From: Felis catus
Taxonomy: Eukaryota
Length of the DNA stretch: 64,000 nucleotides
NCBI RefSeq assembly: GCF_018350175.1
Contig: NC_058368.1
Location: 207,144,001-207,208,000 of the forward strand
Direction of reading: 5' to 3'
Shown here piece after piece: positions 1-13,858 of this stretch (the stretch's first letter is position 1; every line of letters begins with the position of its first letter). The translations under genes were made by a program, and so were the position numbers. The notes beneath the pieces were generated by a model. It saw only the letters and a list, made by a program, of their open reading frames with translations, searched no databases and had not been told where the DNA came from.

Positions 1-359
1 TTATAGACAGGTTTATTCAAAAAATAAAAACTGCCTATTCCATTTAGGGTTTGAAACATCATTAGATTTTTTCGTGACTTAAATAGTATTTGCTGAACAC
101 CTTTGTTTTCATAATACTTTATTAGATGCTACTGTGGAACATGGTAAATGATACATTTCATGCTCTTAAAAATCTAATCCCACATCTGGAAAGAAAAAAA
201 GTATATGCCGGTTAAAATGAAAATAAATAATTAATTATTATCGGCCAAATTCACCATTTAGCTAGTAATAATTGGGGAAATTGAACTGAGGAAGAGTCAG
301 TAGAGGAGTCAAGCTGAAAATTTATGTTGAGAAGTCATACGGTGGTGATATTAATAGAG

Positions 360-560
360 ATGACTTTGGAGCCAGAAAGATCTAAGCTCAGAGTCCAAGT
401 CTGTCCCTTACTTAGCATGACTCAGCTTTTTTTTTTTTTTTTTCCATCTCTAAAATGGGGACGGTAACAATCCTTAACTTTAGAATACTGCTGAGAGGAT
501 TAAGTGGGGGAACCTAATGTAGAATGCTGGCACATGGGAATAATTTGATAAATGTTTCAG
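360..560 (+). mobile_element. MIR fragment
   Basis: MIR core-like text (actttggagccaga...ccatctctaaaatgggg...gaggattaa). Confidence 0.6.
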
Positions 561-715
561 TAAAAGGAATAGTGGAAGCTAAGGTTGCAAAGGAAGTGTG
601 ATACATTGCAGGCAAAACAATAAAAGGGGTCCTTTGGCTATAATACAATTATATATTGTATAAATTATAAGAGATGCCTTCTATAAATAATTTCTGAGCT
701 TACAAAAAGAAAGGA

Positions 716-915
716 GGGACACCTGGGTAGCTCAGTGGGTTGAGTGTCCAACTCTTGATTTTGGCTCAGGTCATGATCTCAGGGTCGAGGGACTGAGCCC
801 CGTGTCCGGCTCCATGCTGAGCCTGGAACCTGCTTAAGATTCTCTCTCTTTCCCTCTGCCCCTCTATCCTGCTCATGTACACTCTCTTGCTCCTCTTAAA
901 TTAAAAAAATTAAAG
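716..915 (+). mobile_element. CanSINE (tRNA-derived carnivore SINE)
   Basis: gggacacctgggtagctcag head, ctcaggtcatgatctc core, CT tract, A-rich tail. Confidence 0.9.
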
Positions 916-3357
916 AAGAAAGGAAAATATCTAAAGGCAGAGAAGAAAATGATGAAGAAAGAGAATGAGGAGATGAAAGGGAAGAAAGAGGAACAGAAAA
1001 GGAGAAGAAGGAGATGACTTTAGACTGACAAAAATATTGACAATGGCACTGAGGGAAGCCAAAAGAAAATATAATAAAAAGTTTAACATTTTGCTGGGAA
1101 ATATATGTTAATCTGAATTTGTGACCCACAAGCAACTATCAGTCCAGAATTAGAATATAAATAAGATGTTTTTCTCAGATAAACACATAAATGAGATAAT
1201 TAGCCACTCTTAGGTCTACTTTAAGAAAAAAATAATTGTCCTAGAGGGAATAAGAAAGGTCTCTGAAATGAATGGCAAGCAAAGGCACAATTTAGTATGT
1301 ATGTAAATCTAAAGTGACTGTGCCTTTAGAATTAATACTCTTGCTGCTATTATTACTTCTTATTGTCATTATTTTTATTAAAGAAGAGAAGCTGTTAGAG
1401 ACATAAACTGGTAGGAATACTTCAGTGGTAATTTTGACAAGTTTCTGGAGGCAGACTCTGGACTAGTCTTAGAGTAAGGAATCTTTGGGGGTTGCAATCT
1501 TAGGGAGTCCCCCACATTTTCATTGGTTTACCTTTAATAACCTCACCATATTCTCATGATGAAGTTCCTAGAAAGATACCCTCTAGGCTTGGGCAGGAAG
1601 AAGGGAAGAGGAATCATTGTGATACAAGTCTAGATAATTCTCTATTTAAAAAGCCTATTCTATAGGGAAAAGATTTTGCCAAAGCTTTATCCCAGCCCAA
1701 GGCTATTTCTGCCATTACAGCCCCTTCTAGACTTTTTTTTTTAATGTTAAGAGGAGAAAAGCTATATCACTTGAGAAATACTTGTGAAATCCATAACACA
1801 GAGACCCAGACCAACTAAACAACTGAGATTTAATCCCAACATTATAGAACACTTCCAGTCTCCCACAGCTGACCACCATGTCGACAGGGCTCTGGTGTAA
1901 TAACAGTGGTAACAGCCGAAAGTGCTGGAAGACACAGACTCCCTCAGAGAAGGAATACTTAAGAGAAGACCAGAACCAAGAGGAGAGACAAAAAGGTGAG
2001 AGAGGAAATGTGAAGCCTCCGGCACTGTGGTATTGTTAAACACATCCCAACTCTTAGCCAGATTAACAAATTCTCACACTAAAGGCCTATTTACTGTAGT
2101 TTCTGTTACTTATACATCATGTTCAGTTTTCATAAAAACTACAAGGCAGGCAAAAAAGAAAAAAAAAAAAACACCTCAGAGTCTGAACAGACAAATCAAG
2201 CCCCAGAACCAGACTGCTACATGAGAAAGATATTGGAATTCTCAGACTGAGAACTTAAACAACTGTAAATAATTGTTAAGGGTTCCAAAAGAAAAAAGTA
2301 GACAACACGCATGAACAAATGGACAATATAAGCAGAAATATGGACTCTCTCAGAATGAATCAAAGGGAAATAATAGAAATAAAAACAATGTAACAGAAGT
2401 GAAGAATGCTTTTGATCAGTAAACTGGATAATGCCAAGGAAAGAATCAGTGAAGTTTGAAGATGCCGCGATAAAAACTTCCCAAACTGGAATTTAAAGAT
2501 TTTTTTTCTCTTTTTAATTATTTTTAGAGTAATAATAATAAAGGAACAAAACATCCAAGAAACATAAAAAAAATTTCAAAAGGTGTAACATACATATAAT
2601 CAGAATACCAGAGAATGAAGAGAGAATAATTCTACAAGAGAATTATTTGACGTAATAATGGCTAAAATTAGTGACAGAAACCAAACCAGAGATCCAGGAA
2701 GCTCAGAGAATATCAAGTAGGAGAAACACCACCAGCCACCAACAAAAAACTACACATAAGCATATTATATTAAATGTGCAGGAAAAAGAAGATGAAGAAA
2801 CAAAATTAAAAAATTATTACCTATACAATAACAAGAATAAGAATTATAATGAATTACCCATTAGAAACCATGAAAGCAAGAACAGAGAAGAGAGGAATAT
2901 TTACAATGTGGAAAGAAAAACCTACCAACCTAGGATTCTACATCCAGTGAAATTATCCTTCAAAATCAAAGAGAAATACTTTCTCAGACAAACAAAAGCT
3001 AAGGAAATTCTTTGTAACAGATATGTCCTGCATGAAATGCTAAAAAAAAAAATGGATGTAAGATAAAATCTATTTTTTGTAGTTCATATAAGAGATATTT
3101 GACTGTTTCAAGGAAAAGTACTAACAATGTATTGGTTGTGTTTAGTGTACAGAGAAGTGAAACAAATGACACTGGCATAAGGAACTAGAATGAGGAATTT
3201 GGAATACTCTGTTACAAGATACCTGAATTACATGTCAAACAATATAGTGTCGTTTGAAATAAGACTTAAATTAGTTAAAAATGTATATTGCAAATTTTAG
3301 GGCAACTGCAAAAAATTATAGAAAGAAATAATTGACATGGTAAAAGAGCCATTGACA

Positions 3358-3530
3358 TGGCTCAGGTCATGATTTCAGGGTTTGTGAGTTCAAGCCCCAT
3401 GTCAGGCTCTGTGCTGACAGTGCAGAGCCTGCTTGGGATTTTCTTTCTCTCCCTCTCACTCTCTGCCCCTCCCCACTCTCTCTCTCTCTCTTAAAATAAA
3501 TAAATATAAACTTAAAAACAAAAACAAAAA
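3358..3530 (+). mobile_element. CanSINE, 5'-truncated
   Basis: ggctcaggtcatgat core, CT tract, A tail. Confidence 0.85.
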
Positions 3531-3897
3531 CAGAGACGGCCACAATGGAGAGGGAGAAAAAGAGAAAGAACAAATATGACAAATAGAAAAATCACAAACA
3601 TGATAGCTGTTCATACAACTATATCAACAATCACATCAAATGTAAATAGCTATAAATACCTACAGAAAGATAAAGATCATCAGAGCAGGCTAAAAAAATA
3701 AGACCCCCCCTATATTTTGTTCACAAGAAACCCATTTTAAATATAAGGTGCAGATAACTTAAAAGAAAAGGAATGGAGAAAAATATACCATGGTAACCCT
3801 AATCAAAAGAAAGCTGGACTAGCTATATTAACTTCAAGCAAAGCAGAATTCAGAACAAGAAAAATTATCAGGGATTAAAAGGAATTTTATTAAAAAT

Positions 3898-4107
3898 ATT
3901 TTTTTGACATTTATTCATTTTTTAGAGATAGAGAGAAACAGAGCATGAGCAGGGGAGGGACAGAGAGAGGGAAACACAGAATTTGAAGCAGGCTCTAGGC
4001 TCTGAGCTGCCAGCCTAGAGCCCAGCACGGGGCTTGGACCCATGAACCATGAGATCATGACCTGAGCAGAAGTCGGACCCTTAACCAACTGAGCCACCCA
4101 GGCACCC
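3898..4107 (-). mobile_element. CanSINE
   Basis: reverse-complement head gagccacccaggcaccc; T-rich tail on the left. Confidence 0.9.
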
Positions 4108-4921
4108 TGAAAAAGGAACTTTAAATAATCCTAAGAGGAACAATTCTCCAAGAAGACCTAAGAAGCCTAAATATACATGCATCTAACAACAGAGCATTAA
4201 ATACATGAGGCAAAAACCGATAGAGAACTGAAAACAGAGAGAACTGAAAGGAGAAATAGATGATGGAGAAGTCCACTGTTACATTTGGAGATTTCAACAT
4301 CCATCATTCATTAACTGATAAATCAAGCAGGCATAAAATCAATAAGGATAGATTTGGCTTGAACAGCTTGATATAATTGACATTTATAAATGATTCTGTC
4401 CAACAACAGCAAAGTGTATCTTTTTCTCAAGCTCATGTGGAACATTCACCAAGAGATCACGTTCATGGCCATAAAACACAGATTTAACAAATTTGAAAGA
4501 ATTCACGCAAAGTATGTTCTCAGGCCACAGGGATTAAGATACAAATCAATGATGGAAAGATAGATGGAAAATATCCATAAATATTTGTTAATTAAGCAAC
4601 ACTCTTATAAATAACACATAGGACAAATAAGAAGTCTTAAAAGAATTTTTAAAACATTTTGAGCTAAATGAAAATAAAAATATCAAAACTTGTGAGATGC
4701 AGCAAAACAGTGCCGAGAGGAAAGTTGCAACATTAAATACATCAATTAGAAAAGAAGAAAGATCTAAAATAAATAACTTAAGCTTCCATTGTACAAAAGA
4801 AGAGACAGAGGATGAATTAAGTGTAAAGAAAGCACAGAAAAGAATACACATTGAAGCAGAAATCAATAAAATTAAAAACAGAATAATAATAAACTCAACA
4901 AAATCAAGAGATGGTTCTTTA

Positions 4922-5149
4922 GGGACGCCTGGGTGGCGCAGTCGGTTAAGCGTCCGACTTCAGCCAGGTCACGATCTCGCGGTCTGTGAGTTCGAGCCCC
5001 GCGTCAGGCTCTGGGCTGATGGCTCGGAGCCTGGAGCCTGTTTCCGATTCTGTGTCTCCCTCTCTCTCTGCCCCTCCCCTGTTCATGCTCTGTCTCTCTC
5101 TGTCCCAAAAATAAATAAAAAACATTGAAAAAAAAATTAAAAAAAAAAA
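4922..5149 (+). mobile_element. Young felid CanSINE (SINEC_Fc-like)
   Basis: CpG-rich near-consensus body; TSD aagagatggttcttta / aaaagatggctcttta. Confidence 0.95.
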
Positions 5150-7074
5150 GATGGCTCTTTAAAAGATCAATAAAATTGACAAACCTCTAGTGAGATTAGC
5201 AAAAAATAGAAGAGATATAAATTACTAATATAAGAAAGAGGGTCTATGGCTACTGATCCTACGAAATTAAAAGGATAATATGGGAATATTATGAACAACT
5301 CTATGCCCACACACTCTATAACCTAGATGAAATGGACCAATTCCTTGGAAGACACAACCTACCTAAAACTCATACAAGGAGAAGCAGACAATCTGACTAG
5401 ACTTATATTTATTAGATAAGTTTAGTAAAGAAACTAATAACCTACCAAAGCTGAAAGAGGCAGGCCCAGATGGATTCACTGCTAAATTCTACCAGATATT
5501 TAAAGAAGATTACATACCAATTCTCCTAATCCCCTTCAACAGAGAGAAGTAGAGGGAATGCTTCCCAACTTGTTCTGTGAGACCAGCATTATTTTTATAC
5601 CAAAGTGAGATCAAAATATTACAAGAAAGGAAACCACAGATCAATGTCCCTCCACAATATAGATGCAAAGTCCTCCCAAAAACATTAGCAAATCAGATCA
5701 AACAATGGAAGATCGTACACCACACCAGGATATTCCAGGCATGCAAGGCCGATTCAATGTTCAAAAAATGGATGTACCACAATAATAGGCTGAAAAAATC
5801 ATATGATCATAGCAACTAATGCAGTAAAAGCAGCTGAAACAATTCAACACCTATAAATGTTAAAACCTCTCAGAAAACAAGAATGAAGGAGAATTTTCTC
5901 AATCCGATGAAGAACATTTCCACAAGAATCAGAGCCAACAACATCATACTTAATGGTGAGAAACTGGCAGCTTCCACCCCCTAACATTAGGATTCTCTTT
6001 CTATTCCTGTTAAGCATCATACTGGAAGTCCTAGCTAGTGCAATAAGGTAATAAAAGGATAATGTATACATATTGGAAAGGAAGAAACAAACCTCTTTGT
6101 TCACAGATGACATGATTGCCTATGCAGAAAACCCGAAAGAACCTTTACAAGAGAGCTTCCTGGGACTAATAAGCACATATCTCGTGACATCAAAGGACAA
6201 AAAGTTAATACGTAATAGTTATTTTTGCTCTCCTAAGTCCTAGTAATAGACAGTTGGAATTTTAAATTAACAACATACCATTTACAATAGCACAAAAATA
6301 AAACAAGAAAAGAAATACTCTGTTACAAGTTTAACAAAATATGCACAGGATCTATATGTGGAAAATTACAAAACTCTAATGAAAAATATCAATGGTGTAA
6401 ATAAACGGAGAGCTATACTGTATTTATGGTTGGAATATCAGCATCATTAAGATGTCAGTTCTTCCTAACTTGATCTGTAAGTTCGGTGTCGTGTCCTGGT
6501 AAGTGAGGATGGACAATATGGAGCTGCAAATATCCAAGGCAATAAAAAGGGAGATGCTTTCCTTGGTCCCTTCCTTCCAGGCTCATACCAGAACCTGAGC
6601 TATTGACATGTGACTCTTTCATTGCAAAGGAGTGAGAAAATTAAACCCCAGGAAAGATCAGAGAGATAAGACATAGTGAAAGAAAAGCTGCTGTCCAGGC
6701 CTGACTCAGTTTACCTAAACCTCACATTTCCAGGCTGCCTAGCATAGAGGCCGTCAGATGTAGGAAGAGGCTTATCTCCAGCTGCATGGCAGACAAGTAA
6801 CTCAAAAGAAGGTGCATCCCAGTAAATGTGGACTCCAAGAAAGACCAGAAATCTTGGATCACCAGAGCTTTATCCTGTTTCTTTAGTCCCCGTGAAAGCT
6901 GCCATCCAGCACAGTGGTCCAACAAATGGACTTAGATGGGACATATCTGGCAGCATCTCTCCTGAAAGCTGGAATTTGATGTAAAAACAAACTTTGTTCT
7001 AGAGACAAAAAAAGGTTCAAGGCTACAGAAGTCACGTAAAAAGGAAAATACGAAGACAGCTAATGTTAGATAAG

Positions 7075-7524
7075 GTTTTATTCATTTGCTAGGGATGCTG
7101 TAACAGAGTGCAACAAACCGAGTGGCTTAAACAGAAATGTGTTGTTTCTCAGTTCTGGAGACTAGTCCAAGATCAAAGTGTCAGCAGGACTGGTTCCTTC
7201 CGAGGGCTGTGCGAAAGCTTGCCTCTCTCCTAGCTTCTAGTGCTTTGCTGGCACTCGTTAGCATTCCTTGACTTCACCCCATGCATCACTCCAGTCGCTG
7301 CCTTCCTGGTCACGCAGCATTTCGAACACGTGTCTGTATTCAAGCTTCCCCTTCTCATAAGGACACAAGTCATGTTGGATAAGGACCCATCCTAATTACC
7401 TCACTTTAACTTGATTACCTCTGTAAAGACTCTAACCTATCTCTAAATAAGCCCAGATCCCGATGCACGTTAGATCTTCAACATATGAATTTGGGAGTGG
7501 GGGAGACACAACTCAATCCATAAC
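7075..7524 (-). mobile_element. MaLR LTR (MLT1B/C-like)
   Basis: gctgtaaca...gtggcttaaac...cagttctggag...acacaactcaatccataac is typical of MLT1 in reverse orientation. Confidence 0.8.
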
Positions 7525-7999
7525 GATGGGGGCAATGTAACTTTAATAATAATAAGTATGGGAAGCTGGCTTCGTAATATGCTATAAGTATAAGAACATT
7601 TATTAGTGGCTCCAAGCGTGTTTTTAGTAATAATACGTGTTTTCAGAAGTTAGAAGAAAGCAAGATCAATTTTCATTTACCCTAGGCTAATGAGTGGTAT
7701 GATAAATTGATTAATAATGCCCAGGGTATGAGAAATGAGAATAAATTTATTGAGTGCACTGGAGACATAAAACAAACACATTTATACAGTGCTCAGCTCA
7801 GCATATTCTAAAGAGCCTTGAATCCATGCTTAACTTAAAAACTGGTAAATCATGCATTCTCCCTAAAACTGAGTGTAAATTGCCAATTGGGGCTTTCCAA
7901 TGCTTCTCTTATGACAAACCAGCAGCATCCACATGAAGAAAAGTAAAGGATATATTTTTATTTCTTTTCTTCTATGTCTCATAGCTCAGAGACCTCAGC

Positions 8000-8420
8000 T
8001 GTATCAACCAAAATACAAGACAGTTGACTTTCTATTGCAAACATACTGCGCATTGATGTTGCCAGAGAAAATCTCTCCTCATCCCAATTCTATTTTCTAA
8101 TTCTACACAAGTGACACAATTTGTCCTTGAAGGGATGGTCTCTTCAATATGGTAGATGGAGTGAAACAGACAAAGGCACAGCTTTCAAGGAGCTTCGTCT
8201 CCTCTGGAAAAGACAGTGACATCTCTACATTAGATGATTTTCCTTTGTACTTGTCCAGAATCATACCTGCCTTCTTGATTTTTAATATTTTTTTTGTATT
8301 ATGAGATCTAGCTTCTACATATAGAGCCCAAAACTCATACCACCCAATTTCCTTTAGTCTATCATTTGTATCCAAACAAATGAGCAAATAGAAGAGGCAA
8401 ATGTATGGGGAGAACCAGTC
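8000..8420 (-). mobile_element. Putative ancient RTE-clade LINE fossil (post-RT region)
   Basis: ORF 8103-8474: DRLKEIGWYEFW...KKILKI...SNVEM...STILKR.SLQGQIV resembles DRKRIEAFEMW..RRILKI..SNVEV..ILKRR.LRW.GHIV; by eye only. Confidence 0.3.
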
Positions 8421-9265
8421 ACACGGCAGGTGGGCCCGTGGAATCTGAGGGTAGCAGCTGGAACTCCAGTTCAAACTGTCCTATGCCTGAGTGATGGTGG
8501 CCATGTGTTATTGCCAGAGAGGACCAGAAGGCATGGTTGAGAGTTGTTACCGGCTTAACATAGCCTCAGGGTCTATACTTCAGCCCTCCTGGGAATTCTG
8601 AAAGTTGTCTGTGTTGTCTGATCATTTCCATACCTTCTGATACCCGTCAGAAAACAGTCTGTTATTTGCACCTTGCACCTGAGAACCTCTGAACAATGAG
8701 GTCATCAACTGTAAAATGCCAACTACTGTGAAGAAAATAAACAGGTTGGTAAGAAAAAGCAGTGGTCCTGAAACATTTTTTGCTCACAACTTCCTCAAGA
8801 AATTTTAAAGCCGTATGGATCTCTAGTATGTTTTTAAGTGACATCCAATTTCTTCATAGAAGCTTAAATTCCAACAGAGAAATATAATTTCTATATTATG
8901 GCATATACTGATATTTTAAAATAAAATAATTGCAATGCTCTTATGTGTGTCCAATGCAAATGTATATATATGTTTGGAAATGTACCTCTTAATGAGATGA
9001 ATAGGGTTTTTTAAAAAAATACTTCAGTTAGTTTATATGTTGGTGGCTAAAAACAATACATGGCTAGAGTCAGTCTATTCCATTGTTATGTTTCATTTTA
9101 ATATTTATAAGCTTTGAGAAAACTTGTTAACATTCAGAGTAATCAAAAACTCTATTACAGCAATTTTATGTCTTTATATGTCTTATAAATTGTATGTCAA
9201 AGATGACAGTATGAAGTCCTAATTGAATTATCAGATGATATATTGTTAAAAATAATGTTGATTCA

Positions 9266-9478
9266 GGGCGCCTGGGTGGCGCAGTCGGTTAAGCGTCCGA
9301 CTTCAGCCAGGTCACGATCTCGCGGTCCTGAGTTCCAGCCCCGCGTCAGGCTCTGGGCTGATGGCTCGGAGCCTGGAGCCTGTTTCCGATTCTGTGTCTC
9401 CCTCTCTCTCTGCCCCTCCCCCGTTCATGCTCTGTCTCTCTCTGTCCCAAAAATAAATAAACGTTTAAAAAAATAATA
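9266..9478 (+). mobile_element. Young felid CanSINE
   Basis: near-consensus body; TSD aataatgttgat on both sides. Confidence 0.95.
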
Positions 9479-10750
9479 ATAATGTTGATGATAGACCACT
9501 ATGACATTCATTGTTTTACTTTTCAGTTTCAGTGGATACCCAAATGCCCTTTCCAAGAACTATCCAATAACTATTCATTACTTTGGTTACTCATTTTCAC
9601 ATTTAATTCAATAAGCTCAGAAAACTTTGGAAAATCAAAATGTTATTATGTATTACACATTTACAATATTTCTAATAAGAGGTTTTTATCTTATTATGTA
9701 CATAAAATCTTCTATAAAATCTTGGATCTGCAGCACTGGCACATTCAACCTATGGAAAATATTTGCCTTATTATTTAAGGCACTGTCATTTCAAACATAC
9801 AAATGAGTCTTATTATATTTTAGAAAAAGACTTCACTTGTAATTTGAGACAAGTGTTAATAAACCATTTCAATAAGTATCATAGGAACCATAAAAAGTGA
9901 ATCATAGTATACACTGTGAAAGATAGTTTGGTAAAATCGGTGAATATTATAAAGATGTAGAGATTATCTAATCAGCCTTTATGCACTATAAAATGAGATA
10001 ATATACCATTATAGTTTTTCTGCTTAATTTTTAATGGTGCCATATCAGTAACTAAAGTTATTTTTGATAGAGCATGATAAAAGGTATGATACAGCCTTAT
10101 ATATGTGTGAGTATAATGTCAAATTCTAATGGCTGGCTTTGGGGAAAAAAACAAAAAGAATTGATGATAAAAATCTGTAATAATGTGAATAAATTTATTA
10201 AAGCCATAATAACATTTTTTCTATGTATTAATGCTACTATATACTATTAATGTACTATCTTAATGTTGTAATGAAACTATGCAAATTACAACATATAGCA
10301 TGTAATTTCTCCTTTTTAGCTAGGAGGTAGAGAATATTAAATAATTTATGAGATAATATAATGAGCATTTACTAAAACTAGGACAATAGGTCAAGATGTG
10401 ATTTGACAGTTTACATTTGAATGTTCACTAAAGTTAAAAAATTGTATATGTGTTTTTCCATATATTTTTATTCAATGTATATTGAAAATTTTGATAGTGT
10501 TGAAGAACATCTAGTTACCAATTAACTATGAGGATTAGCATTAGAATTGATGCAGCTTTGACACTTTGAAAGTGATTGTTTTTAAGAGAAGATAAAGTAT
10601 TTTAGAGATAAGCATTAAGAATTTCTGAATATAACTGATAGTTTAAATATGTTTTTAAAACTTGTTTTTGTGTTTCATTCAAAATTTTTTTCTCATGCTT
10701 TCTTAGCTTTGCTCTCATAGTACCCTCTCTTAAGAGTGATGCAGTCTTTT

Positions 10751-11140
10751 ATTCTTTTTCAAGTTTTTACTTAAATTCCAGTTAGTTAACATACAGTGTA
10801 AGATTAGTTTCAGGTGTAGAATTTAGTGATTCACCATTTACAAACAACACCCAGTGCTCATCACAACAAACGCCCTCCTTAATAGCCATCACCCAACTAG
10901 CCCATCCCCCACCTACCTCCCCTCTGGTAGCCATCAGTTTATTCTCTGTAGTTAACAGTCTGTTTCTTGGTGTTTTTTTTGTTTTGTTTTGTTTCTTAAA
11001 TTCCATATATGAGTGAAATTATATATTTGTCTTTCTCTGACTGACTTATTTTCCTTAGCATAATACTCCCTAGCTTCATCCATGTCATTGCAAATGGCAA
11101 GATTTCATTCTTTTGGGTGGCTGAGTAATAATCCATTGTT
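10751..11140 (-). mobile_element. Carnivore L1 3' end, 5'-truncated
   Basis: L1 3' UTR text; TSD agtgatgcagtctttt at 10735-10750 and 11151-11166. Confidence 0.9.
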
Positions 11141-11529
11141 TTAAAAAAAAAGTGATGCAGTCTTTTTGTTCATCTGACTTTGTTAAATGAGTAACTCCTA
11201 CCTGTACACCCCACCATATATCTGCATTCAAAGCATCCTAACACAACCAAAATACCCTGCTGCCAATGCCACATTTCACTGTTAAGAGAAATGTTTATAA
11301 CACAAAAAAGGGAAGCAGCCTTAAAGGTTTATGGTCTTAATTAAGCATTACAGTAAGCTTTCTTTGCCCCTTTGCTTGGCAGCTGAGAGATTTTCATAAA
11401 CCTTGGTAAAACAAAATATGTGGACGTTAAGCCAATTGACAGAGTCCCTTAAATTTGTTCTGGCTAGAATAACCATGGGAATGTCTTGTTTGATGCCACT
11501 GTGATTACTGGGTTAAGGTAGAATGACTT

Positions 11530-12195
11530 ATTTAGATAGAAGAGCTGTAGAAAGACTCATGGCTGAGATGTACGTGAACTGAGGCATTAAAAATGAAAAA
11601 GAGCCACGCTACCAAAAGTTGGGTTGAAGATGATTTTAAGCAAAGGAAACATATACACCAAAGTCTTAAAGTAAGGATGAACTTGACTGATCCAAAGATA
11701 AAACAAGCCAGTGTGGATGAGCTGGAGAGACCGACAGAGAGGTTGACATGTGAAAGGATACAGAAGTGAAACACTCTAAGTCCCCCATGAAAAAGCAAAA
11801 AGTTTGCATTTAAGTTGAGATGCAATAAGAATCCATAAAAAGGTTTTAAGGATAAGAATTTCATACATATGTACGTTTTAAAGATATGACTCTGGCTCTT
11901 AAATGGAAAATCCATTAGAGGAAGCAATAGATGGAACATGGTGAGAATCTAAGTGACAAATAATAATAAGGGAGATAAGGAGTGGTAGAACTGAAATTCA
12001 CTTTGGATGTGAAGCTAACAGTACTGTTCAATCCAATATTTACTGATGGATTGAATTTTCAAAGTATGCAGGAGTGAGAAATTGTGATTGGTACCCTGGA
12101 ATTTGGATGGATGTCAGTGTCATTTTTTGAGATGAGAACTACTGGACAATAACAGTACTTAGGGAGGAATTCTATTTTGGACATGCTAATTTGTG
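11530..12195 (-). mobile_element. L2 fragment
   Basis: purine-rich antisense-L2 text (ggttttaag...gactctggct...gagatgagaactactgg...ggacatgctaattt). Confidence 0.6.
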
Positions 12196-12265
12196 AATAG
12201 AAATAGATTAAATTCCCCCAATAAAAATTCTCCCAATAAAAACTTTCATATTAAATTAATAATAT

Positions 12266-13429
12266 TTTTTGTATTATCTGGGTAAATACCTAGTAGTGCA
12301 ATTGCTTGATTATAAGGTTGTTCTATTTTTAACTTTTTGAGGAACCTCCATACTACTTTCCACAGTGGCTGCACCAGTTTGCATTCCCACCCATAGTGTA
12401 AGAGGGTTCCTTTTTCTCCACATCCTCACCAACAGCTGTTGTTTCTTATGTCATTAATTTTAGTCATTCTGACAGATGGGAAGTGATACCTCATTGCGGT
12501 TTTGATTTGTATTTCTCTATGATGAGCGATGTTGGGCATCTTTTCATGTGTCTGTTGGCCATCCGTATATATTTTTTGGAAAAATGCCTATTGATATCTT
12601 CTGCCCATTTTTTAACTGGATTGTTTGGTTTTTAGGTGTTGAGTTTTCTAAGTTTTTTTTATATATTTTGGATACTAACCCTGCATCAGATAGGTCATTT
12701 ACAGATAGCCTCTCCTATTCCATAGGTTGCCTTTTGGTTTGTTGATTGTTTCCTTCACTGTGCAGAAACTTTGTATTTTGATGAAGTCCAATAGTTTATT
12801 TTTGCTTTTTTCCCCCCTTGCTTCTGGAGATATATCAAGAGGGAAGTTGCTAGGGCCAATGTCAAAGAGGTTACTGCCAGTATTCTCCTCTAGGATTTTT
12901 ATGGTTTCAGGTTTTAATCCATTTTTAATTTATTTTTGTGTTTGCTGTAAGAAAGCGGTCCAGTTTCATTCTTTTATATGTTGCTGTCCAGTTTTCCCAG
13001 GCTATGTGCTGAAAAGACTTTTTCCCATTGAATATTCTGTTCTCCTTTGTTGAAGATTAATTGACCAAATAGTTGTGGGTTCATTTCTGGGTCTTCTGTT
13101 CTGTTCCATTGATCTATGTGTCTATTTTTGTGCCAGTACCATACTGTTTGATCAGTGTTTTGCTTTGTAATATAACTTGAAGTCTGGAATTGTGATGGAT
13201 CCAGCTTTGCTTTGCTTTTACAAGACTCCTTTGGCTATTCAGCCTCTTTGTGGTTCCATACAAATTTTAGGACTGTTTGTTTTAGCTCTGTGAAAAATGC
13301 TGTTGATGTTTTGATAGGGATTGTATTAATGGATGCATGCACCAATGTTTATAGCAGCATTATCTACAATAGCCAAATTAAGGAAACAGCCCAAGTGTTC
13401 ATTGAATGATGAATGGATAAAGAAAAGGT

Positions 13430-13470
<41 letters not shown>

Positions 13471-13858
13471 GAATATTACTCAGGTATAAAAAAGAATGAA
13501 ATCTTGCCATTTGCAATAACATGGATGGAGCTAGACAATATTATGCAAAGTGAAATAAGTCAGAGAAAGACAAATACAATATAATTTCACTCATATGTGG
13601 AATTTAAGAAACAAAACAAATGAGCAAAGGAGAGAGAGGCAAACCAAGAAACAGACTCTTAACTGTAGAGAATTAATTGATGGTTACTAGAGGAGGGTGG
13701 GCAGGAGAGTATGAGTTAAATTGGCGGTGGAGATTGAGGAATGCACTTGTTATGATGAGCACCAGGTGTTGTATGGAAGTATTGAATCACTATATCATAC
13801 ACCTAAAACAAATATTACACTGTGTGTTCACTGGAATTTAAATAAAAACTTTAAAAAA
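12266..13858 (+). mobile_element. Carnivore L1, 5'-inverted (about 12266-13330 minus; 13331-13858 plus)
   Basis: ORF2 C-terminal text flips strand at about 13330; 3' UTR and polyA at 13840-13858. Confidence 0.85.
13432..13468. repeat. (GT)n microsatellite
   Basis: direct reading. Confidence 0.95.

Larger units (their letters stand above)
1400..6482 (+). mobile_element. Old L1 (L1M-type) with decayed ORF1 and ORF2, interrupted by 3 SINEs, 3'-truncated
   Basis: ORF1-like peptide at 2671-3066 (EIQEAQR...QPRILHPVKLSF); EN and RT remnants from 3600 to 6480. Confidence 0.85.

Noticed and set aside
4697..5128. 143-aa ORF and similar SINE-spanning ORFs
   Set aside because: Chance read-through of an L1 remnant into a CanSINE; the same peptide recurs at other SINEs.
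11138..11166. Inverted polyA at the 5' junction of the truncated L1
   Set aside because: More simply the TSD (taagagtgat...) with a G-to-A change and A-run slippage.
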